The notes beneath the pieces were generated by a model. The model was not told the DNA's origin and searched no databases. It was given only the letters and a program-made list of their open reading frames with translations. From positions 1-49,852 of the forward strand of contig JACCLJ010000053.1 in the NCBI GenBank assembly GCA_013425425.1: a stretch of 49,852 bases of DNA. Reading direction: 5' to 3'. Numbering within the stretch: the stretch's first letter is position 1; every line of letters starts with the position of its first letter. The position numbers were made by a program, and so were the translations under genes. Shown piece after piece: positions 36,317-43,895 of the stretch. Source of the stretch: Candidatus Micrarchaeota archaeon. Lineage in GTDB: Archaea; Micrarchaeota; Micrarchaeia; Anstonellales; Bilamarchaeaceae.

Positions 36317-37690
36317 TTATATGTTGTAGTAGTTCTTGTGGTCCTGCATGCTTATCGCTTTCCTGTCCTCCTTGTGCTGCCTCAGCTTGAGGTCCAGGTA
36401 GTCTTCGAGAAGCTCCGGCGGGATGACGCCTTTTATGAACTTGGTGTCGCTTTCCAGCGCCTCGATTGCCTCATAGAGGCTTGTGGGCAGTTCCTTCGTG
36501 ATCCTCTTCTTCCTGCCTTCCTTCTCCTCTTCGGTCGGGTCGCCGGGGTCTATCTTGCTCTTCATGCCATCCAGGCCCGCGGCCACAACGGCGGCATACG
36601 CGAGATAGGCGTTTACAGACGGGTCCGCTCCGGCATAGACGATCCTCTTGGTGTCTTTCGTGTTCTTCTTCGCATACGGAACGGTAACAATGGCGTTCCT
36701 GTCGGTTGCGCTCCATCCGACCACCTTCGGCTCCGCAGCCATCTTCTTGTAGGAATTCGGCAGCGGGGCGGTGAATAGCGAGAGTGCCGGACTATGCTCC
36801 AGAAGGCCGCCTATGTAGTACCTTGCCATCTGGCTCATCTGCGCATAATCATCCTTCGGGTCGTAGAATATATTGTTGTCAGCCGTCTTCCAGAGGCTGG
36901 TAGCTATCTTGAGGTTGTTGCCCTTTTCCCCCTCTATCGGATACGGCATGAAGGTGCATGAAGCGTTAACCGCAGTAGCCAGGTTCCTCAGGACGAATTT
37001 GAATGTGTTAAGGCCGTCCGCCGCTGCCTTCAATCCCCTTTCTGCAAGGTCGAAGGTCTGCTGCGCGGTAGGCGATTTGCCGTGCCTGTGCCCGTCCACC
37101 ATTATGCCGAAGCTGTCTTCGAGCGTTTCGGACGCCTGGCACCTTGCCGAATAGAGCGAATCAAACGGCTGGGCTGCATATGCTCCGGCCTTGTTTGAAA
37201 GCGGGGATGGCCCCCAGAATGCTTCCCTCGAGTCCAGAAGCGCGCCCACCCCCCTGCCCGGGGCGGTCCTGTCCACCGTTACGGTATCAAGTATGTGGCA
37301 GTCGACTTCCGTTCCGAGCTTCGAGTATGCGATTCCCGCGGCGCTCAGGTTGGTTTCCATGCGCTCAGCCACGTATCTCGAATCCTTCAGGAACCTCTCC
37401 TTTTCAGGCATGGCGACCACGTCGCAAAGGAATCTTACGGTTGCAGGTTCCCACGGAATCCTTGCGAGGGTGTCCGGATCGGGGAGAAGCACCAATTCGC
37501 CCTGGGCGCTTTTTCCGAAAACATCGTCAAGGTTCGCGGCATGCACGCCCTTGCCGAACGTGTCCTCCTCTATCTTCCTGTTGGAAATGCTGACCCTGTG
37601 AATCGTTCCATCCACCGCAAAGAACTGGAGGTCTATCCATCTTATTTCATTTGTAGCTATATATTTCAAAACATCGTCTATGGCTGCCAA
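36317..37690 (-). CDS. Glutamine synthetase type I-like protein with degenerate active site
   Basis: IRWIDLQF, LLPDPDT..RIPW, TFMPYP, YYIGGLLEH, NSYK, DPSVNAYLA, AGLDGM, LPTSLYEA; TTG start with GAGGTGG RBS. Confidence 0.88.
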   Translation of the reverse strand: MAAIDDVLKYIATNEIRWIDLQFFAVDGTIHRVSISNRKIEEDTFGKGVHAANLDDVFGKSAQGELVLLPDPDTLARIPWEPATVRFLCDVVAMPEKERFLKDSRYVAERMETNLSAAGIAYSKLGTEVDCHILDTVTVDRTAPGRGVGALLDSREAFWGPSPLSNKAGAYAAQPFDSLYSARCQASETLEDSFGIMVDGHRHGKSPTAQQTFDLAERGLKAAADGLNTFKFVLRNLATAVNASCTFMPYPIEGEKGNNLKIATSLWKTADNNIFYDPKDDYAQMSQMARYYIGGLLEHSPALSLFTAPLPNSYKKMAAEPKVVGWSATDRNAIVTVPYAKKNTKDTKRIVYAGADPSVNAYLAYAAVVAAGLDGMKSKIDPGDPTEEEKEGRKKRITKELPTSLYEAIEALESDTKFIKGVIPPELLEDYLDLKLRQHKEDRKAISMQDHKNYYNI

Positions 37691-37760
37691 AACACCACCT
37701 CAATTTTGATTTAATAGAGATAAATAATAATAAATAGGTTTCGATACGATTTTCTTTCTA

Positions 37761-39062
37761 ATGTTCGGCACTTCAGGAATCAGGGGGCTTTACGGCAGCG
37801 AAATCGACGAAAAGCTCGCGATTATCGTTTCAAACATCTTCGCCGATTGCGATGTTGCTGTCGGAAGGGACATTCGGAAAACCGGCCTGCCGCTCGCCCA
37901 TGCGGTTTTTTCCGGCATAACTTCAGCAGGATCGGATGCCATAGACCTCGGCATCGTCCCCACACCCACGGTCGCTTTTGCGGCAAAAACCAGGGGGATA
38001 AAGGGCATGATGATTACCGCATCCCACAATCCTCCGGAATACAACGGTTTGAAATTCATCAGCAACGGCATGGAAATCGGAAAAAGCGACGAGAGGGCAG
38101 TGGAAGCGAAATACAAAAAAAAGGAGGTCCGCCTCGCTTCGTGGGACGGCACGGGCAGGCTCATAACCGACAATTCCTTCATCGCAAAGCACAAGGAATC
38201 CGTAAAATCGCTCGTAAGCATCCCGAAAAACAAAAAACCCAAAATCGTTATCGACTCAAATGGTTCGGGTGCAGTCATTACGCCCTCGTTGTTCCGCGAA
38301 CTCGGTTGCGATGTGATAAGCATCAACGATTCGCTCGAAGCGTTTTCCCGCCCGTCCGAGCCGAATGCGAAGAACCTTGAGGGGCTTTCCAAAAAGATAG
38401 TTGAAACCAAGGCGGATTTCGGGATAGCGCATGACGGCGATGCGGACAGGTGCGTAATCATCGACGAAAAAGGCGAGATGATTCCGTTCGACGTCCAGCT
38501 TTCCATGATGATTGAGCACGAGCTTGCGAAATCAAAAAACAGGAAAATAGTTTCCACAACCGAATCCTCGCTTCTCATCCGCGAGACGGTTGAAAGCAAC
38601 GGAGGCGAGTTGATCGTCACTCCCGTGGGCAGCGTCTATGTAGGCGAGACGCTCGAGCGGGACGTGGCGGTTTTTGGAGGAGAGCCGTGCGGGGAATACA
38701 TCTACCAGCAGGGCGTCCATCTTCCCGATGCCATCCTTGCAGCAGCGAAATTCCTTGAGATTTATCTGGAGAAAGGAAAATTCTCCGAGCTTAAGAAAAG
38801 GTATAAGACGTATCCCATCCACCGCGACAAATTCCCTGCAAAAAACAAGCGCGAGTCCATGGAAAAAATAAAATCGCAGATAAAGACAGAAGGAAAAGTC
38901 AATGATGAAGATGGCATCCGCGTCGATGAACAAGATGGCTGGTTCCTCATAAGAGCGTCAGGAACAGAACCAATAGTACGGCTTACAATGGAATACAAGG
39001 ACAAGGAAAAACTGGAAAGAAAAAAGAAAGAATTGATTGAAATTATCAGGAAATCTATTTAG
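37761..39062 (+). CDS. Phosphohexomutase (phosphoglucosamine/phosphomannomutase family)
   Basis: MFGTSGIRG, TASHNPPEYNG, HDGDADR, GGEPCG, IRASGTEP. Confidence 0.93.
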   Translation: MFGTSGIRGLYGSEIDEKLAIIVSNIFADCDVAVGRDIRKTGLPLAHAVFSGITSAGSDAIDLGIVPTPTVAFAAKTRGIKGMMITASHNPPEYNGLKFISNGMEIGKSDERAVEAKYKKKEVRLASWDGTGRLITDNSFIAKHKESVKSLVSIPKNKKPKIVIDSNGSGAVITPSLFRELGCDVISINDSLEAFSRPSEPNAKNLEGLSKKIVETKADFGIAHDGDADRCVIIDEKGEMIPFDVQLSMMIEHELAKSKNRKIVSTTESSLLIRETVESNGGELIVTPVGSVYVGETLERDVAVFGGEPCGEYIYQQGVHLPDAILAAAKFLEIYLEKGKFSELKKRYKTYPIHRDKFPAKNKRESMEKIKSQIKTEGKVNDEDGIRVDEQDGWFLIRASGTEPIVRLTMEYKDKEKLERKKKELIEIIRKSI

Positions 39063-39819
39063 ACTTCTCGTTCATGAAGTCGTCGAACTTTTCCTCAGTA
39101 GTTTTTGGTTTTGCTTTCTGCTCAGGCTCTTCTGGTTTTTCTGATGCTAGTCTCCAGTCTCTCTCTTTATAGTATTCTGACCGTAGCTTGATATCATCAG
39201 ATGTTGATGGGCTGAATCCTGGCTTATTTATTGGTAGGCCGGATCTCGAATGAATTATCTCACCGCCGTCCTTTGGGGTAAGGGGGTCTTCCCTCCACGG
39301 CTTCAGCCGCTCTACAAGTTCTTCTGGCGCCATTCTGTTTCTTAGAAAGTCTAAAAGCTTCTGCGGTATTTCCACTTCAGGCTCTTCTGGTTTTTCTGAG
39401 CTCTCTTCTTTAAAACGCTCTTTAACCAACCTACAAATCGCGCTAGCTTCTAGCTCTATGGGCGGATGGTCATAGAGTGAATCTTCAAAGTCCTGGATAG
39501 TCAAATCTGAAACATCCTTTCCCAAGCGCCTTGCAAGTTCTTTTTTTGTGCTTTCTGGAGTTATACTCAAAATTCCTTCCTCGGTTCTTTTAATCATCCT
39601 TGTTTTTTCTTCAGATGTAAGACTATCCCACTGTTTCTTGGCTTCATTGCCTTTATCGCTAGGTCTATATGCACGAAGTATCCTATTCGCTTTCTCAGTA
39701 TCGCTCTCCAGCCTAGGTTTATCTTCTACCATTCGGTTCCCAAACTGTTTCTCCGGAGGTTTAGAAGTGTTATCTCTCTCGCCTTTCCTTTCCGGTTTTT
39801 TCTTCTCTCTCATACCCAT
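39055..39819 (-). CDS. Charged low-complexity orphan protein, AT-richer than neighbours
   Basis: K/E/P-rich ORF; SEKPEEPE occurs twice; start could also be 39813 or 39828. Confidence 0.6.
   Translation of the reverse strand: MGMREKKKPERKGERDNTSKPPEKQFGNRMVEDKPRLESDTEKANRILRAYRPSDKGNEAKKQWDSLTSEEKTRMIKRTEEGILSITPESTKKELARRLGKDVSDLTIQDFEDSLYDHPPIELEASAICRLVKERFKEESSEKPEEPEVEIPQKLLDFLRNRMAPEELVERLKPWREDPLTPKDGGEIIHSRSGLPINKPGFSPSTSDDIKLRSEYYKERDWRLASEKPEEPEQKAKPKTTEEKFDDFMNEKSK
39122..39399. repeat. 23-bp exact direct repeat within orphan gene
   Basis: TCAGGCTCTTCTGGTTTTTCTGA at 39122-39144 and 39377-39399. Confidence 0.85.
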
Positions 39820-39960
39820 AAATATCACTTTTTGTATATTTAATTGTGTGCGGAAGGTTTTATAAATGTTGCTAAAAATGGAAAATGCAGGTTTATGCGG
39901 GCGCGCAGGGGCAGGTGGCGAAGGTTAACAAAACAGTTAACTTTCAGAAAAGCGTGGCGT

Positions 39961-39992
39961 AAGAAAAAGAAGATAAAATAAAAAGAAAAAAA
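39961..39992 (-). terminator. Putative oligo(T) terminator of the thermosome gene
   Basis: A-rich plus-strand tract (U-rich transcript) right after the stop. Confidence 0.5.
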
Positions 39993-40000
39993 CCAGGGAA

Positions 40001-41656
40001 CTAATCCATTCCCATTTCTCCGCCCGGACCGCCCATTCCGCCGGGAGGCATTCCGCCTGATTTTCCTCTCGAACTGATTATATCGTCAATCCTCAGGATG
40101 AGCCTTGCGGTTTCGGTTGCCGAGCTTATCGCCTGCTTTTTCACTTTTGCAGGCTCAAGAACGCCGATTTTCTCAACGTCGTCAACCCTTCCTCTCAGGA
40201 CATCGACACCATAGCTGTTTCCTTCCTTGCTTGCCTTGTGCCTGGTTCTGAGGGTAACGAGCGTGTCTATCGCGTCCATGCCCGCATTCTCCGCAAGCGC
40301 CTTCGGAATCGCTTCAAGCGCCTCTGCGAATGCCTGTATCGCAAGCTGCTCGCGGCCCCCCACCTTTATCGCATAGTCCTGCAAGGCAGAGCTTATCGCC
40401 ATCTCCGCGCTTCCGCCTCCTACGACGTATTTGCCGTATTCGATGGTTGCGCCCACAGCGCCTATGGCGTCCTTCACAGCCCTTTCAACCTCGCTCACGA
40501 CATGCTCCGTTCCGCCGCGCACGAATATGGAAACGCTCTTCGGATCCTTGCACTCCCTTACGAAAACCATCGCCTCGCCGCCTACCTTCTTTTCCTCCAC
40601 AAGGCCTGCGTTCCCGAGGTCGCTCTCGTTCAGGTCGTCAAGGCTGGATGCAACCTTCGCACCCGTCGCCCTTGCCAGTTTTTCCATATCGCTCTTCTTG
40701 ACGCGTCTTACCGCCATTATCTTCATCTTGGCCAGGTAATGCTGCGCAAGGTCGTCTATTCCCTTCTGGCAGAATACGGCGGTAGCACCGGACCTCTGTA
40801 TTTTTCCAACCATCTCCTTGAGCATCTTCTCCTCCTGCTTGAGGAAGGATTCCATCTGCTCAGGCGAGGTTATCTCGATTTTGGCATCGGTTTCGGTCTT
40901 CTCGATTTCGAGCGCAGAATCAATAAGCGCTATCTTCGCCGCCTTTATCGTCTTTGGCATCCCGGCATGGACGATCTCCTTGTCAACGATTATGCCGTTT
41001 ATGAGTTCGGTGTCCAGCACATCTCCGCCTGCTTTTTTCTCTATCTGGATGAAATCCGAATCAACGACGTACTTGCCATCCCTCTTCTCGGCCACCTGCT
41101 TCAGCGCCGTTACAACGATATTCGCTATCTTGGTCTTCTCCTCCTCGCTTCCGACTCCCTTTGAACCCATCGAAATCATTGCTATCCTGTTCAGGGTTTT
41201 TGCGTCTTCCGGGGTGACGTCCTTGCTTATCCTTTCGAGAATCTTCATGGCTTCCTGCTCTGCCACTTCGTATCCCTTGATAATCGTTGTCGGATGGATT
41301 CCCTGCTCAAGAAGCGTTCCCGCGTTCTTAAGGAGGTTTCCGCCTATTACAACGGAAGTGGTCGTTCCATCGCCTACCTCCTTGTCCTGCGTCTTTGCAA
41401 CCTCGACCATCAGCTTCGCTGCGGGATGGTCAACATTCATCTCGTCGAGAATCGTGGCGCCATCGTTTGTTATGACTATGTCACCAAGGTCGCTTACGAG
41501 CATCTTGTCCATTCCCTTCGGGCCGAGCGTGGTCTTGACTATGTTAGCCACCGCATACCCTATGGCGATGTTTATCCTCATCGCATCCCTGCCCAGTATC
41601 CTTTGCGCCCCTTCCGGAAGCACATACATCTGTTCACCTGACATTTGTTTTGCCAT
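40001..41656 (-). CDS. ths: Thermosome subunit (group II chaperonin)
   Basis: [28 protein letters not shown]-rich tail; GGTGGG RBS. Confidence 0.96.
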   Translation of the reverse strand: MAKQMSGEQMYVLPEGAQRILGRDAMRINIAIGYAVANIVKTTLGPKGMDKMLVSDLGDIVITNDGATILDEMNVDHPAAKLMVEVAKTQDKEVGDGTTTSVVIGGNLLKNAGTLLEQGIHPTTIIKGYEVAEQEAMKILERISKDVTPEDAKTLNRIAMISMGSKGVGSEEEKTKIANIVVTALKQVAEKRDGKYVVDSDFIQIEKKAGGDVLDTELINGIIVDKEIVHAGMPKTIKAAKIALIDSALEIEKTETDAKIEITSPEQMESFLKQEEKMLKEMVGKIQRSGATAVFCQKGIDDLAQHYLAKMKIMAVRRVKKSDMEKLARATGAKVASSLDDLNESDLGNAGLVEEKKVGGEAMVFVRECKDPKSVSIFVRGGTEHVVSEVERAVKDAIGAVGATIEYGKYVVGGGSAEMAISSALQDYAIKVGGREQLAIQAFAEALEAIPKALAENAGMDAIDTLVTLRTRHKASKEGNSYGVDVLRGRVDDVEKIGVLEPAKVKKQAISSATETARLILRIDDIISSRGKSGGMPPGGMGGPGGEMGMD

Positions 41657-41799
41657 ATTCCCACCTTTTTTCAGAGTATTAATATTCGGTTTTTATTCGC
41701 TTCAAGATTCGAATTATACCCTAAAAGTTGTAAATTGAATATGGGAAAAAGACTTTTTAAAGGTTGTGAAGCGCCCCAACCCGCATATTTCTTCCCTCT

Positions 41800-42159
41800 C
41801 TACGGCATTTTCCGCATTATCTGGAAGTGCGGATGCAACACATCTCTTGTTCCCATGCTGGCATCGCAGCTGGAATCTACGGGCCTGTACTCCTGTTTCG
41901 GAATATCCGCGGTTCTTGCTATTCCCACTGGGCTTCTTACTGCCATCCGTCCGGAATACATCCTCCGGGTATAGCTCTTTACGAGGCTGCTGATGCTCGA
42001 ACTTTCTGACAAAACCGGCCTGATGTTTCTCTCCTGCCCGCCCAGGCCCTTTCCTGCGTATTTGTCAAAAATATTATTCAGAACAGAAGCCGGACTCGTG
42101 GATACGACTGCATCCCTCATCCGCTGGAGTTCAAATTCCATTTTTGCCATTCTGTTCAT
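41800..42159 (-). CDS. Hypothetical protein (119 aa)
   Basis: ATG about 25 nt downstream of TTTATAAA (42183-42190); no motif recognised. Confidence 0.4.
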   Translation of the reverse strand: MNRMAKMEFELQRMRDAVVSTSPASVLNNIFDKYAGKGLGGQERNIRPVLSESSSISSLVKSYTRRMYSGRMAVRSPVGIARTADIPKQEYRPVDSSCDASMGTRDVLHPHFQIMRKMP

Positions 42160-42241
42160 GTTATTATATATGTCTGAAACTGTTTATAAATGTTGTGGTT
42201 TAAGGTGGAACTGAATGTTAAAATAGAAAAAGAAAATATTA

Positions 42242-42403
42242 TGCAGGGGGAAGGATTTGAACCTTCGAAGGCACTAAGCCACAGGATTTCACGAGAGCAT
42301 GAGGAAGACCTCACGGCTTTTCGTTAACGTTTTGCCATCGGAAAAACCGAAGACAAAAGGTTACTTAAGTCCTGCACATTTGACCGGGCTTTGTTACCCC
42401 TGC
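42242..42403 (-). tRNA. tRNA-Leu(TAA) with 76-nt intron at 37/38 (42288-42363)
   Basis: Acceptor GCAGGGG/CCCCTGC+A, anticodon stem CAGGA/TCCTG with CT-TAA-G|A, long variable arm, GAAGG-TTCAAAT-CCTTC. Confidence 0.88.
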
Positions 42404-42478
42404 AAGAAGGGCTACCCGTGCTTCTCGTATGTGCCCTATCTTTGTACCCACCTGAGAAAGAACCCAGATGACTATAAT

Positions 42479-42688
42479 CGCCGAGGGCAGGATTTTCATG
42501 CGTTTTAGCATGCCCGTTTTTGGGCGCTTTTTACTAAAAAGCGCAATTTGAACCTGCAATCCCAGAGGGATCGGTTTTCCCGTTATCCGGTTCGAGATTC
42601 GTCCAGTTAATTGTCCGACGCACTACCGGATTGCACGCGAACCGCGGGCAAATTTCGAACGCAGTTCGATGCTTTATGCGACCTCGGC
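42479..42688 (-). tRNA. tRNA-Ser(CGA) with four introns (15/16, 30/31, 37/38, 59/60)
   Basis: Exons 42688-42674, 42630-42615, 42597-42591, 42576-42547, 42492-42479 join to an 82-nt cloverleaf with G73 and variable arm; each intron has a BHB-type 4-bp helix. Confidence 0.85.
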
Positions 42689-42765
42689 GAATGGATATGA
42701 GACGAGGGATTTGGCCAAAGCCAAAACGACCTCGGCGCATAAGCTATAGAACACACGAACAAATA

Positions 42766-42773
42766 TTTTAAAA
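42766..42773. promoter_or_regulatory. TATA box, possibly serving both the tRNA-Ser/Leu transcript and the divergent ORF
   Basis: Palindromic TTTTAAAA between tRNA 5' leader and ATG 42797. Confidence 0.5.
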
Positions 42774-42796
42774 CATCATCGGAGATAACCCCACCC

Positions 42797-43201
42797 ATGC
42801 ACGAATCAGCCGCCCTCACAAACAGCCTTGCCAACGAAGACTGGCAATCACTGGCGCATCTTCTTATGACGGTAGACACGGGGCTGAACGGGGCGAGGAA
42901 CATAAAACGGCTCAGAAAAAAAGTCGGGCTTGTGAGGCACATCCTGCACGGTTTCATGTCCGGCATGGATGGTTCGGAATATCTCGACCTCTCCTTTCTC
43001 GTGGGAAGCATAAAAACAATCGAGCATCTTGAAAGGGATTTTGATACGCACGGCATAAGGGAAAGGGAGTTCTTGATTTTCCTTAAGCTTCTCCTGTATA
43101 AATTCGAAAGGCAGAAGCTGGTTGCCAAGAAGCCGATGGAAAGGCGGATCGAGCTGATAAAGCTGAAGGGGGCCATTGAACGTGGAAACGATTTACAGTA
43201 A
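42797..43201 (+). CDS. Hypothetical helical protein (134 aa)
   Basis: ATG ~24 nt after TATA; overlaps start of the next gene. Confidence 0.55.
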   Translation: MHESAALTNSLANEDWQSLAHLLMTVDTGLNGARNIKRLRKKVGLVRHILHGFMSGMDGSEYLDLSFLVGSIKTIEHLERDFDTHGIREREFLIFLKLLLYKFERQKLVAKKPMERRIELIKLKGAIERGNDLQ

Positions 43202-43895
43202 TCCGCTGCACATAGAGCTTTCCGGCCCGAAACTCTTTGTGGACGGCAGGGACCATGCTCCGTCCGTAAGGAAGCTTTCCGAGCTGGGGGACGTCATGCT
43301 TAATGACATCGAAGTGGAAAAGCACGGCGACATAATAATGTATTACATGTTCAGGAACATCGATGGAAAAAACGGCCTGCGCTACGACATCACTTTAATC
43401 CCGGGCAAAAAAATCATGGGGGAGTGCGCAAAGACCTACGGCCACTGCCATCCGATTGCGGAAGGCAAACTAACCTATCCGGAAATATACCAGGTGCTTG
43501 AAGGAAACGCCGTTTTCATACTGCAGACGGAATCAAGGAGCAAGGGAACGGACGTTTCGGTCATCGATGCGAAGAAGGGAGACATCCTCCTCATCCCGCC
43601 GAACCACTGCCACGTTTCCATAAATCCCGGCAATGAAAAGCTCCTGCTGGGGAATCTCGTCGCTGATGATTTCGAATCCGATTACAGGATTTTCAAAACG
43701 AACCGCGGAGCCGCATACTATTATATGGAAAACGGCGCGCTTGTCCACAACACGAATTATTTCATAGGCAAAATGGAACGGATACGGCCGAAAGAGATGA
43801 ACGGCAGATACGGCTTCAGCTGCACGGATATCCTCCGCGAATTCCACAGCAATCCCGGAAAATTCGAATTCCTGAAAAAACCGTCTCTTCTATAG
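43176..43895 (+). CDS. Cupin-type glucose-6-phosphate isomerase family protein
   Basis: YYMFR, LRYDITLI, KTYGHCH, YPEIYQVLEG, IPPNHCHVSIN, GAAYY; TTG/GTG start. Confidence 0.85.
   Translation: MNVETIYSNPLHIELSGPKLFVDGRDHAPSVRKLSELGDVMLNDIEVEKHGDIIMYYMFRNIDGKNGLRYDITLIPGKKIMGECAKTYGHCHPIAEGKLTYPEIYQVLEGNAVFILQTESRSKGTDVSVIDAKKGDILLIPPNHCHVSINPGNEKLLLGNLVADDFESDYRIFKTNRGAAYYYMENGALVHNTNYFIGKMERIRPKEMNGRYGFSCTDILREFHSNPGKFEFLKKPSLL

Noticed and set aside
36317..37690. Calling the GS-like gene glnA or a pseudogene
   Set aside because: Catalytic residues are missing, so glnA is unsupported; the ORF and RBS are intact, so it is not a pseudogene
42577..42614. Reading the tRNA-Ser anticodon as GGA with a single intron
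   Set aside because: This needs G33 or an A:A pair at 31-39 and has no BHB; the two-intron CGA parse gives paired stems and BHB helices
42299..42740. Short ORFs over the tRNA region
   Set aside because: The region is explained by two intron-containing tRNAs and their leader
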